A stretch of 64,000 bases of DNA from a virus, in the IMG/VR virus record IMGVR_UViG_3300035670_000112, positions 23,418 through 87,417 of that record. One strand, written 5' to 3'. A program made the position numbers and the translations under genes. Shown here one piece after another: positions 36,286 to 46,302 of this stretch (the stretch's first letter is position 1; every line of letters begins with the position of its first letter). The notes below the pieces were generated by a model. It was not told where the DNA came from, did not search any database, and worked only from the letters and a program-made list of their open reading frames with translations.

Positions 36286-37839
36286 TTAAACGTCTCCGAA
36301 AATGTTATTGTACATCTGTTCAACTATCTTGTCGTTCCTTCTCATGTTCATCTCCCTCATAGTTGTCTGTGAAGCGAGTCCCATGTCTTTCAACACCTGT
36401 ATTCTCATAGATGTGGCAGCATCCTTGTTGGCCTGATTGTCAGCCATCTCCTGCATGACCACCTGATTGTTTATCTGCTGTGCCTGATTCAACAGTCCTG
36501 TCCTTTCATTCGCAATGCTCTCCTCCACACGTGCAGTCTCCTTTGCCTGTTGTGTGGCAAGCAGTGCCAGTGTACCGAGATCGAGTCTCCCCTGCTGTGC
36601 AGCGGACTGCTGTGCAGTGGCAAATGCATCCCTCACATCACGTTTAGGCATTGTTGCAGTAGGCAGCATCGGAGAGAATCTCGGATATCTGACCTTATCA
36701 TAGGATGATGATTCCCTCAATGCACTCAACAGTGGTCCCATACGTGCCGCATATGAACCGAGATCCGACAGGATTCCCATATAATCTGGACTGTTCAGTC
36801 CATTGGTACGTCTACGGTCGGATGTTCCTCCATCAGGGGATACCGTATATTCGGGTTCCACTGGTGCAGCAGGACGTTGCTCAGGACTGTTGAGACTCTG
36901 CATCGACTGTGCTGAAGGTGTCGCATAATATCTACTGGCATTCAGAAGTGCAGCAGGATCGAACTCCTTTGGAAGTTCCTCATCTACAGGTTCATCGATG
37001 TAGTTCCCTGACTGCTGTGCATACTGGTCTGCAAGATAATTGGCTATTGCATTTGAATCTATGCCTGCCCTTTTGTAGTCTTCCACAGACATTCCTGAAC
37101 CGTCAGGAGTAATGGTAGCCTGCTGCTGATCTCCACCATATTGGTCTGCAAGATACCTTGCTATTCCAACTGTGTTTATCTTGGCCTTTCTGTAGTCCTC
37201 TATCGCCTGCAGTTGTTCAGCAGAGGTCGGAAGTCCCAATGCTGCTGCTGTCTGATCAAGGGTGGGATCGATATAACCCTGTTGTGCAGGGATCCCCTGC
37301 ATATCATCCGTTATCTCGGTGGGAAGTCCTCCGTATCTTCTGTCGAACAGCTCCTGTTTCTGAGTTCTCACATCCTCAGGTATGGAATCCCATGATGACC
37401 TGGGATCATACACTGCAGTGTTGCTGAGTTCAGAATATGTCTCCATCCAGTCATCAGGACGCTTGCCTGTCAATCTGGATACATTACTACCGTGGAATGC
37501 CTCCCATCTTCCCTTGGAAAGTGGGGAGAAGTCCCCGTTCTCAACACTTGAGAGTACTCCATCCTTGTCAAGAAGGGCAAGTACGGCAAGTTTCTGTTCG
37601 TCTATGTTAGGACTCCATGCATCTATTCCGTAGGTATCGAGTACCTCCTTACGTGTACTTCCTATGAACTGTCCCATACCGAATGCTGTCGAATTGCCTG
37701 CACTGGTATTGAACCCTCCTATGTTTATACGTCCATTGAGCTTATCCGCCTCATGTTCCATTATCTTGTAAAGGAACCACTGGACGTTCGGATTCTCAAG
37801 TTTCTTCTGTAGCAATGCTACGTTGGTGTTGTTAGGCAT
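36286..37839 (-). CDS. virion cargo protein with N-terminal lambda-type lysozyme domain
   Basis: NVQWFL...HEA...STAFGMGQFI...WSP...EQ...RWEAF resembles lambda R muramidases. Confidence 0.65.
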   Translation of the reverse strand: MPNNTNVALLQKKLENPNVQWFLYKIMEHEADKLNGRINIGGFNTSAGNSTAFGMGQFIGSTRKEVLDTYGIDAWSPNIDEQKLAVLALLDKDGVLSSVENGDFSPLSKGRWEAFHGSNVSRLTGKRPDDWMETYSELSNTAVYDPRSSWDSIPEDVRTQKQELFDRRYGGLPTEITDDMQGIPAQQGYIDPTLDQTAAALGLPTSAEQLQAIEDYRKAKINTVGIARYLADQYGGDQQQATITPDGSGMSVEDYKRAGIDSNAIANYLADQYAQQSGNYIDEPVDEELPKEFDPAALLNASRYYATPSAQSMQSLNSPEQRPAAPVEPEYTVSPDGGTSDRRRTNGLNSPDYMGILSDLGSYAARMGPLLSALRESSSYDKVRYPRFSPMLPTATMPKRDVRDAFATAQQSAAQQGRLDLGTLALLATQQAKETARVEESIANERTGLLNQAQQINNQVVMQEMADNQANKDAATSMRIQVLKDMGLASQTTMREMNMRRNDKIVEQMYNNIFGDV

Positions 37840-37858
37840 CTCTGAATGTCTTTAGGGA

Positions 37859-39739
37859 TCAGAATCCTGCCATCGGATAGGATGACAGACCACGATAGGA
37901 ATTGTTAGGGTTTTTCACCTGTATATAACCTTCAGGGGATTCGTTCCCGAAAAGAGGTCTCACGACATCCTTCTGAGAGCGTTGTCCCTCCATAGCAGCC
38001 TGAAGCACTTTATTTCTGGCTTCCTCATTCTTGAGTCTATAGTATGCCTTGAGGTCGATTGTACCCTCTGGTAGGAATGATGCCGAAGAGAGCAATGGAT
38101 TGCCTGTGACATTTCCCAACATGCTTATGTAAGTGTTAGGGTCAACAGTACTTTTCGCTCTGTATGTGTTGTTGTGTACAGGCTCCTCGTAACTTCCGTC
38201 ACCTACATACTGATCATTGCCTGTGATCACTCCTATGTGTCCCCAATAAGGATACGCGTTACCACTCGGAAATTGAACATAGTCACCAGGAGCTGCCTGA
38301 TCCGATGGTATCTGTTCAAAAAGTGCCTTTCCCTCGTCACTGGTCATGAAATTCCTTACACCAGTATTGTTGTAATTGCTGTCAGGTATCCCTCTTACTC
38401 CAGCAATGTCCTCAAAACAATTGACTCCTGCAACACAGGTATTGTTCTTTGCATAGGGTACGAACAGGTCATCACCTCCAAGACTTACAGGAGTCTGTGC
38501 TCTGAGTGTCTTTTCGGTATCCTTTGACATTATGATATTCTCTGGTATCTTCAATTCATTGCCTCCTCCGTTGCCGTATAACTGTTTTCCCCCTCCGTGT
38601 GCATAGTGACCATAAATGTTCTTTGCACCTCCTTTTTTAAACATAGGGATATCCACTCCATCTGTGGTAATGACAGCATCTTCAGGAAAAGGTCCCATTG
38701 TACTAGGGGCATAGGATGAATTGCCGTAAGTGATCGTCCCTTCAGGAGCTGCATAAGGATATTTATCTGAAGAAGTATCGTCACTTCCTTGAAGTGCTCC
38801 GAAATTACCTCCTCCCATTACCTGCCTCTGTCCTCCTATCTTATCAGTGATGTAACTTTCCCCAAGGTTCTTTGCTATGGTATCGTCCATTGCTGACCCT
38901 GCTATGACGGCAGAGGAGTCCTTGACCGTCTTGAGTCCTTTTATGAGCTCTATTACGCCTCCTCCCATATATTTGTCTTTGGACAGTACACCTCCGTTAC
39001 CCATGCTCTGAAGGACTTGTCCTCCCATATTGCTTATGACATTCTGAGATTGCATCTGACCGTAACCGAAAGCAGTACCTGTCATGGTATCGTCCCCCAC
39101 TGCACGTTTTGTAGCCTCAGAGGATGAAAGTCCCATATCTGCCATCACTGTCTCACTGAAGGATTTACCAGTAAAGGATGCCATGGGGAATCCAAGGAAT
39201 ATGTCACCTATGAGCATCCCTGCCTCCTGTGCCTCTCCTATCTCACGGAGGGATCTTTCAGTAGGGGCATTCCTCATCTCCTGAACATTCCCCTGAGAGT
39301 ATCTCATCCTCGGATTGATCTCAGCGGGGTCATTCATGAATGTACCCTTGGCATTCGGTGTACTGTCAGGCATGAACGTACCTCCAGAGGCATATCTCAC
39401 ACCACCGTTGGCACCCATCTGAGTATTGTACATGTTGCGGAACGGATCGATCCCCTTCTCGTTGACCGATCTTTTCGCATGTTTGAGGGATTCCTCCCTT
39501 GCTATCTGTTCAATGGTGGCAAGAGAGATCGGGTCATCCTCTGTCAGACGACCGTTCCTATCAAGCTGTTTGAATCTCTTTGAAAGGGTCTCCCCTTCAG
39601 GAGAGCCCTTATCAAAGATGTATTCATTGCCGAGCTTTCCTATCTTTATACCGAATTCGCCTCCTTCGAGTTCCGAATTCTCCGTATAATCGATCCCCCC
39701 AAGCTCATGGGGCATACCTTTAAAGGACTTCAATTCCAT
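37859..39739 (-). CDS. virion cargo protein with xxGG repeats and NlpC/P60/CHAP-like amidase domain
   Basis: GMPHELGG...ELEGGE N-terminus; NTCVAGV...APGDYVQF...GHIGV Cys-His dyad. Confidence 0.65.
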   Translation of the reverse strand: MELKSFKGMPHELGGIDYTENSELEGGEFGIKIGKLGNEYIFDKGSPEGETLSKRFKQLDRNGRLTEDDPISLATIEQIAREESLKHAKRSVNEKGIDPFRNMYNTQMGANGGVRYASGGTFMPDSTPNAKGTFMNDPAEINPRMRYSQGNVQEMRNAPTERSLREIGEAQEAGMLIGDIFLGFPMASFTGKSFSETVMADMGLSSSEATKRAVGDDTMTGTAFGYGQMQSQNVISNMGGQVLQSMGNGGVLSKDKYMGGGVIELIKGLKTVKDSSAVIAGSAMDDTIAKNLGESYITDKIGGQRQVMGGGNFGALQGSDDTSSDKYPYAAPEGTITYGNSSYAPSTMGPFPEDAVITTDGVDIPMFKKGGAKNIYGHYAHGGGKQLYGNGGGNELKIPENIIMSKDTEKTLRAQTPVSLGGDDLFVPYAKNNTCVAGVNCFEDIAGVRGIPDSNYNNTGVRNFMTSDEGKALFEQIPSDQAAPGDYVQFPSGNAYPYWGHIGVITGNDQYVGDGSYEEPVHNNTYRAKSTVDPNTYISMLGNVTGNPLLSSASFLPEGTIDLKAYYRLKNEEARNKVLQAAMEGQRSQKDVVRPLFGNESPEGYIQVKNPNNSYRGLSSYPMAGF

Positions 39740-39745
39740 GATTTA

Positions 39746-39776
39746 CAAATATACTTTATTACAGTTCATTTGTCAA
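39746..39776 (-). promoter_or_regulatory. Bacteroidota-type promoter for the cargo/RNAP genes
   Basis: On the minus strand: cTTGACA-N17-TATATTTGtaaat, just upstream of ATG 39739. Confidence 0.75.
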
Positions 39777-39792
39777 GTAGATTTTTTTAATA

Positions 39793-42700
39793 TTATCTCA
39801 GAATCTTTCTAAAAAGATTCATTACATAGTGTAATCTTATCTCTTTATTATTGTTGTTCAGAAACTTGAACTTCTGCTTGACATAATGACTTCTTATTCT
39901 ATCCTTGGTGGATGCCGCATATATTATGGCATGTTTCCATTCTCTCATCAGTCTGCTGAATACCGTACGGTTACCTGTGGTCTGATAGGTGTTTGCAACC
40001 TCGAGTCCGCTGAAAGTCTCTGATGATATCTCGACCCCATTGGTGTCGAATACTTCAGTGAACCATCTGATGTTGTCAAAGATCTTGACAATGAACGGAT
40101 CCTTGTTCACCGTTATGGTGACATGTGATGTTGACGGAGGATCATCATAGAATACCCCCCTGTCACCCGTATCATGCATGTACAGTTTTGAAGGTGATGA
40201 ATTCCTATCAGGACTTATCAATGACCTTCTATCATTGATGTACATGATCGGAGTGTGACTTCTGAATGATACCCATATGTCCTTGGTATCATCATAGGCA
40301 AGTGTATATACCACAGGATCCCTACCTATCCTTTCAAATACCGTTATGAGAAACTCCCCGTTCACACTGTCATAGGTACAGGTCATGCCTACATATTCGG
40401 AACCCAGAAGTACAGGGGAATCGTTATTCTGCAACTGTCCTCTTGTATTGGCGAACAGCCATGAGCCTATCTTACCAGAACTTATGTCGGAAAGACCTTC
40501 TCCAGTATGCCTGTAGAAAGTAGATGTGTTGGCATCAAAGAAGATGATACCTGTCGGGGATACTGCAAAACTGAACTGATGTCTTGACCCTACATTCCTT
40601 GATATGTAGTCATATCTTGGAAGTACCCCTGATTTTCCGATTATGATGCCTGAACCTGAATTGTCGTTGAGTATGGAACGCTCGTTGACGGATGCTACCC
40701 CTACACCGTTTCTCTGGAACGCAAGTATCTGATTGCTTCTGTTTATGATCTGACGTATCTCCCCAAGGTCTCCCTGAATATCTATGTAGGTATCATTGTC
40801 GAACTGTCTCCAACTGTCACTTCTCTCTCCGTATACCTTTATTTTCGATGCCCATATTCTGAACGGATGCTCATACACTTCTGTAATAGATGCAGGCAGC
40901 GGATAAGATCTCTGTGTATCCATATGTTCAGAGAACAGATAGTTGTACTTGAAGTCCTCCCCGTAATCCAAAGGATAATCGTCAGGTGAAGGTATAAAGG
41001 TGGCATCCCCATACAGGTATCCTAAAGGACCGTGATTCCCATTTATGGTGTAACCTTCTCTGAGATCCGTATTCACAAAATTCTCACATGGATACCATAA
41101 TGCAGTGGCATGCTGGTTCAGTACATCAGAGGTGTTCGCGCTTATTGCAAAGTTCCTCAATGTCTTGAGTGTATCGAATATGTTGATGAAGGTATCCCCA
41201 CCGAATACCCGTATATTAGTGAATGTGGTCTGTCCCTCTGTAACTATGTTACACCCTGTTGAGATGTACACATTCCGTGATCTTGCAGAATATCCTCTAC
41301 CTCCATACTGAGCAAGATTGGGTCTTACATAGTTTGCAAGTATCTTATCAGGGCAGTCATTGGTGGCTCCGAGATAGTTCAGATAGGATCCCTGTCTTGA
41401 ACGTGTAAGACTGAACGGTAACTGTCCCCCATAGACAGAATTGGTCTGTACCTTGTAGAAACCGCTGTTGAGTTTGAGTACCATCGTATCTGTACCGTAG
41501 CATAGAGGGGCATTATAGTTTGGATCCTCCTTTGCCTCATTCTTATAGGTAAGGGAAGCGATGTTCACCTGACCTCCCATCGGACAGAATGCTGTCTCCT
41601 CAATGTTTATCAACGTATTGGGAGAGAATGAACTGTTAGGATTATGATTGCCATACCACGCAAGATGCCAGTTCAATGGGGCTTGTCTATAAAGTTTGAT
41701 ACCCATCATCAATGGGGTATTGCTACCTCCTCCCTGTACTATGGGACCGTTGTTACCATTTGTTATTGCTGCAGGAAGAAGTCCTGCCACTACTCTCAAT
41801 TTATCCCCTGATCGGTAATCTGTGACCTGTCTGAACAGCATGTCAGGTGAATGAAAGGTGACAAGATCGAATGACTTCTCAGTAGTGGACTGCTGATTCC
41901 CAAAAGGGAATGTTATTGAAGGGTTACCTGTCAACCATATGTCGCTACCGTTACCGTTGAGTCCGAATGTCTTCCCTGAAGGGCCTGATGAACTGTCGTA
42001 ATGTGTCACAGGATGATAGGTTGTAACACCGCCTATCGTGGAACTCCTTACAAGATGTACGATACCCTGACCGAGTATCGTTCTGTCCTCCTCATTGACC
42101 TTCACTCTCTTTATTCTGAACCCGTCTATCTTGGATGCAACGGATGGAGGGAGTGTGACATCGAATTTCACTCCCAATACGTTCATCTGCCATACTCCGT
42201 TTATATCCTCGAGTATCTTGAATATCTGATTGGGATCCGTAGGATGTTCATAGATGTCAGGCATCTTTATGTCAGCTATCCATTTGGCATAACCTTCAAC
42301 TCCGTCCTTTACAGGAACCCATGAGAACCTGTACGTCTCCCCTCTACGGTATCCCATGAAAAGATGTTTTGTATAGGGGGACTTGTAATCACTGTAAAAT
42401 CCTCCTACATTGTAGGTCACCCCGTCATTGAGTCCAAGATAGTTCTGTCCTCCGTTGTTCCATGGTAGTTTCCAAGGGAATGTATGATGGGAGATATCAT
42501 ATGGAGTTGTCTTTGAATCCGCAACGATGGATTCCATTGTGAATCCATATCTTATATGAGGTCCCTCCCCTCCAATGGTGACCCCATCCGATTGGAATTT
42601 CCAGTTGCTCTGATCGGGATTGATGGCATCATCGGTCTCTGGGATACCGAACGACTGAAGCAGTTGTGATGCATTGTATGTGGTGGAGACCCCCTGTTCA

Positions 42701-44082
42701 TTCTGCAGTTCACAGAACTGATTCTGATCGAATCTGTAGGCACGGGCATCGAACTCCACATCGAACTTTCTCTCCACCGTATTGGCAGCAAATAGTATGT
42801 TGTCCTTCTGTGCAAGTGCATGACACTTCTCAAAGAATACGAGTATGGCATTGAAATCACTTTCGGTGATCACCACCTGAGGTTCATTGCCAGTGACAGT
42901 GAATGTAATGGTATCCTGTGTCACAGGTATGTCGACTATCTTCCCTATGAGTGCAGTGGTGTTCGGGGATTCCTTCCGTAGTACCACCAGATCGAGATAC
43001 TGATACGTGGTATCTATATCATCTATGAAGACAGTGAACGACTTGCCTGTTATGATACTGTTGTCATTCCCTGTATATTTGGTGTACCCTCCGAAGATAC
43101 TGTCCTCAAGGATATCTATACTGTTCGAAGTATGTGAATACGAGGTCATTGCACCCTGTGAATTCCTCAGACAGTATGCAACCTGATATACTCCTGTCAC
43201 CAACTGTCCCCCGTTCTGAATACTCTTCAGTGCAGGCTTCTTCAGTGAGGATGTCAATCTCAGATCAAGGTCCTCTGGTCTTGTTGCCATCACCTGAGGA
43301 TCCTTGACATTGATGGATCTCAGAGGATTGAGACGGTCTGTCCAATAGAGTCTCTCAATGATCGAATTCTCCCTTATGCCCTCTATCCCTCCAGGGTTCG
43401 CTATGAGATTCCTCTGGGTCAGATTCAACATGTCGGAGTAGATCAATGTGACCGTAGGTACCATCACAAAAGGATCGTATGACAGTTTCCATATGCTACC
43501 GTAGGAACCTGTTGATGAATTGTCGTTGGTAGTGAAAAGGTAGATGATATCATCTATGAGATGCCAGCCTATGACCTTCTGCATTCCCTGAAAGGGCTGT
43601 ATGCTCAACACAAGGTCAGTATTCTGTACGAGTGTAGATGTATCTATATCGACAATATCGGACGTAGGGGACCATATTCTCAATCGCGAGCCTATCCTTG
43701 CAGTACGCAGATCGAGTGATTGGAACTGAGGCGAGTTCTGAAAACACTCCTCCAACTGATCGAAGAATGCATTGACAGAGCCTGAACCTATGATGGTATT
43801 CCCATATATGATCTGTCCGTTGGACAGTTCTATACCTGGGGAGTACGTCCATGATGGAATGAACGATGTACCCTCCATCTCGAAGGTGAAGATGGCGGGT
43901 ACATCTGGAATGGTAGTAAAATGACTGTTCCCTCTCACATTGGTTATTATGTGATCCGTAGCACCTTCATAGGCGTTGAGTCTCACATCAAGTGCATCCT
44001 CATAGGTTGAACTCTCCTTGAGTGAGTCACTTACATCCTTCACCATCCCCTTATTGAAGGTATTCAAGTGAGTTTCGGTCAT
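39793..44082 (-). CDS. tail stabilisation/muzzle protein
   Basis: 1429 aa; FNKGMVKD N-terminus, LYWTDRLNP, GYRRGETYRF, GGDTFI, KIFDN motifs of the crAss-like P22 gp10-like protein. Confidence 0.8.
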   Translation of the reverse strand: MTETHLNTFNKGMVKDVSDSLKESSTYEDALDVRLNAYEGATDHIITNVRGNSHFTTIPDVPAIFTFEMEGTSFIPSWTYSPGIELSNGQIIYGNTIIGSGSVNAFFDQLEECFQNSPQFQSLDLRTARIGSRLRIWSPTSDIVDIDTSTLVQNTDLVLSIQPFQGMQKVIGWHLIDDIIYLFTTNDNSSTGSYGSIWKLSYDPFVMVPTVTLIYSDMLNLTQRNLIANPGGIEGIRENSIIERLYWTDRLNPLRSINVKDPQVMATRPEDLDLRLTSSLKKPALKSIQNGGQLVTGVYQVAYCLRNSQGAMTSYSHTSNSIDILEDSIFGGYTKYTGNDNSIITGKSFTVFIDDIDTTYQYLDLVVLRKESPNTTALIGKIVDIPVTQDTITFTVTGNEPQVVITESDFNAILVFFEKCHALAQKDNILFAANTVERKFDVEFDARAYRFDQNQFCELQNEQGVSTTYNASQLLQSFGIPETDDAINPDQSNWKFQSDGVTIGGEGPHIRYGFTMESIVADSKTTPYDISHHTFPWKLPWNNGGQNYLGLNDGVTYNVGGFYSDYKSPYTKHLFMGYRRGETYRFSWVPVKDGVEGYAKWIADIKMPDIYEHPTDPNQIFKILEDINGVWQMNVLGVKFDVTLPPSVASKIDGFRIKRVKVNEEDRTILGQGIVHLVRSSTIGGVTTYHPVTHYDSSSGPSGKTFGLNGNGSDIWLTGNPSITFPFGNQQSTTEKSFDLVTFHSPDMLFRQVTDYRSGDKLRVVAGLLPAAITNGNNGPIVQGGGSNTPLMMGIKLYRQAPLNWHLAWYGNHNPNSSFSPNTLINIEETAFCPMGGQVNIASLTYKNEAKEDPNYNAPLCYGTDTMVLKLNSGFYKVQTNSVYGGQLPFSLTRSRQGSYLNYLGATNDCPDKILANYVRPNLAQYGGRGYSARSRNVYISTGCNIVTEGQTTFTNIRVFGGDTFINIFDTLKTLRNFAISANTSDVLNQHATALWYPCENFVNTDLREGYTINGNHGPLGYLYGDATFIPSPDDYPLDYGEDFKYNYLFSEHMDTQRSYPLPASITEVYEHPFRIWASKIKVYGERSDSWRQFDNDTYIDIQGDLGEIRQIINRSNQILAFQRNGVGVASVNERSILNDNSGSGIIIGKSGVLPRYDYISRNVGSRHQFSFAVSPTGIIFFDANTSTFYRHTGEGLSDISSGKIGSWLFANTRGQLQNNDSPVLLGSEYVGMTCTYDSVNGEFLITVFERIGRDPVVYTLAYDDTKDIWVSFRSHTPIMYINDRRSLISPDRNSSPSKLYMHDTGDRGVFYDDPPSTSHVTITVNKDPFIVKIFDNIRWFTEVFDTNGVEISSETFSGLEVANTYQTTGNRTVFSRLMREWKHAIIYAASTKDRIRSHYVKQKFKFLNNNNKEIRLHYVMNLFRKILR

Positions 44083-44816
44083 CTTCTGTATCTACTGTGA
44101 TTTTTTATTACCTGCATTTCACTGGTACTTCTGTACCCTCCAGTGTGATCATCCTCGAATGATACCAGTCTTCTGAACTGATTCGCTATACTTCTTGTCT
44201 TATCCCTGTTGGGAACAAGTGGTTTCGTCTGTGCCTTTCCTACATACCAGTCTCTCTCCTGTTTGAGAAGTTGATATGCCCCTCCCTGTATCTGTCCTCT
44301 CAACAGGAGTCGCATACCTATCCTTTCAGCTACATATGCGGTCGCTGCCTGTTTGAACACCTCGTCATCAGGTACCATCGGATAGCCTCTCTCATCGGTA
44401 GGGAATGCAAGATATGCCATCTCTACCTTCCCTGTTCTGAAATTGGTATATATGTGATCGTCACTCAACTTGTAAGTGAGATCTGCACTGCATGTCATGT
44501 CACGACAACCGTCCACATGTCTTCCGAAATGGAAACTGTCCGTTGAATATCTCATCGGAAGTCCCTCGCAGGTGCGTGTCTGTATTATCCTTACAAGATC
44601 ACATGGCAGTTCCCCTCTGCCGTCCACTATCTCTATATGGGGGCGGTCATTACCGTCCGTTATCCTATCAATGTACTGCATAGGGGCGTTTATAAGGTCA
44701 ATGACACTTCCCACCCATTCTGCAACATCTGTCCAGTCGACCTCAAGTGTGAATCCAGTGTCCCTGTATACACGTTCAACAATGGTCTCCAGACTCACAT
44801 ACTTTCCGTTCAACAT
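44079..44816 (-). CDS. tail ring / tubular protein
   Basis: ELPCDL...Y.AFPTDERGYPMVPD pattern; position next to the muzzle gene. Confidence 0.7.
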   Translation of the reverse strand: MLNGKYVSLETIVERVYRDTGFTLEVDWTDVAEWVGSVIDLINAPMQYIDRITDGNDRPHIEIVDGRGELPCDLVRIIQTRTCEGLPMRYSTDSFHFGRHVDGCRDMTCSADLTYKLSDDHIYTNFRTGKVEMAYLAFPTDERGYPMVPDDEVFKQAATAYVAERIGMRLLLRGQIQGGAYQLLKQERDWYVGKAQTKPLVPNRDKTRSIANQFRRLVSFEDDHTGGYRSTSEMQVIKNHSRYRR

Positions 44817-44817
44817 C

Positions 44818-45090
44818 TTACATCATGTCTATAAGTGAGAATATATCCTCCCTACTCATCTCTTCCTGACGCTCCTCCTTGCTTTCCTCCTTCATGTTCT
44901 CCAGAGGATTGGTCTTAGAGAAGAATCTCCTGACCTCATCTATCCATTCCTCACTGCAATCCTTGCAGTCCCCTTTGGTCTTTGAACCGTACTTGTGTAT
45001 GTTCACAATGAAACCGTTCTCTATCTTCTCCACACTGACCTCTCTTGTGATACCGTCATATGTCTCACTTGTCCTTGTAAGCCCTTCCAT
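44818..45090 (-). CDS. hypothetical protein
   Basis: 90 aa; VEKIENGFIV motif. Confidence 0.6.
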   Translation of the reverse strand: MEGLTRTSETYDGITREVSVEKIENGFIVNIHKYGSKTKGDCKDCSEEWIDEVRRFFSKTNPLENMKEESKEERQEEMSREDIFSLIDMM

Positions 45091-45092
45091 TC

Positions 45093-45599
45093 TTATCCTT
45101 CAAAAAAATCAACCCTTATCAATGGATCCTTCAATATCCTTGCAAGATCCCTTTTCAACTGTTTGACAGGTACGAACTTGTATCCCCATATGTTATGTGT
45201 ACGTGCCGCACCTTTCAACCATTTGAATTTGAACACGTATCCTCCAGAATGAATGTTCCTGTGGTATACATATCTCTTATTCTCCTTTGCTATAGGGTCC
45301 TCCTTCCAAAGATCGTTGGTGGCCTTATAGTCTATGGCAAGGTTCAACCTACCAGATGCCTTCCTTTTCGGTGAAGGAAGATTCTTCATCACTGCTATCC
45401 TTCCGAGATTGTAAGGTAGTTCCATGAATCTGTTATGCAGTATCATCTCCTCTGCCAATGCACGGTTAAGCTCCGCCACAGCACCGTTCAACACATGCTT
45501 CTTTACAACGAACCCAGAGGATTCCTCTACGGTATCGAGACTTTTCAGGTAGGCCCTGTATAGATCATCCGATCCTATGTCTATGATATTCTTAGCCAT
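45093..45599 (-). CDS. IHF/HU-like DNA-binding protein (crAss-type)
   Basis: FMELPYNLGRIAV...IDYKAT...YKFVPVKQLKR; start at ATG 45599. Confidence 0.7.
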   Translation of the reverse strand: MAKNIIDIGSDDLYRAYLKSLDTVEESSGFVVKKHVLNGAVAELNRALAEEMILHNRFMELPYNLGRIAVMKNLPSPKRKASGRLNLAIDYKATNDLWKEDPIAKENKRYVYHRNIHSGGYVFKFKWLKGAARTHNIWGYKFVPVKQLKRDLARILKDPLIRVDFFEG

Positions 45600-46302
45600 T
45601 GTCAGAAGGTCTTGCTGAAGGCATTGCAGGGGGTGTATGTGTGGAATCATTGGTAGTATCGGTACCTATCTGATACTTCATCAATACCTGTTTCACCACA
45701 TATTCCTTCATGTACCCCCACATCCAGTCGGTCAATGGATATTGCATGTCATCCGAATAGCATGCCTGTCCTGTGCATAGATTGAATGCTGCCGCCTCAG
45801 TGGGGTCTGCAGCAACCATCCTTATGTTCACGGTGGTCATCATGTTCAACAGAGGATCCTTGGTGACTATGTAGATGTAACCGTTACGGAAGAAGGCTGC
45901 TGCCATCTTTCTGTTGAATCTTCCATTGCCGAAGAACAATGCCTCCCTATATGTCTTGAAACTGAAAGGCTTTCCCAATACATTGATAGGGGATACCCTT
46001 TCTATGGCCTCCCTGTGATGCAGAGCTATCGGTGTAGGTATCCTGTTCTGTGTTCTGAGTATTGTGCATGCGGATGAGAAGTCACAGCACTCCTCCACAG
46101 GTGCCTTTACAAGAGGGACACATCCGAGATCCTGAATGACCTCCTCTGGCACATATCTGTGCTTGTTCATCTCTGCTCTCAACCATATGGATCTCTGATT
46201 GTGTATCAGATCCTTGATAAGTCGCATATCAAGGACATCATCATCATGGATCTCAGGTCTTACAGCCTCTATGATCTGGTATGTCAATTCGTTAAGCGTC
46301 AT
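45592..46302 (-). CDS. tail ring/structural protein
   Basis: MTLNELTY...QDLGCVPL...YPL pattern; structural gene context. Confidence 0.65.
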   Translation of the reverse strand: MTLNELTYQIIEAVRPEIHDDDVLDMRLIKDLIHNQRSIWLRAEMNKHRYVPEEVIQDLGCVPLVKAPVEECCDFSSACTILRTQNRIPTPIALHHREAIERVSPINVLGKPFSFKTYREALFFGNGRFNRKMAAAFFRNGYIYIVTKDPLLNMMTTVNIRMVAADPTEAAAFNLCTGQACYSDDMQYPLTDWMWGYMKEYVVKQVLMKYQIGTDTTNDSTHTPPAMPSARPSDNG

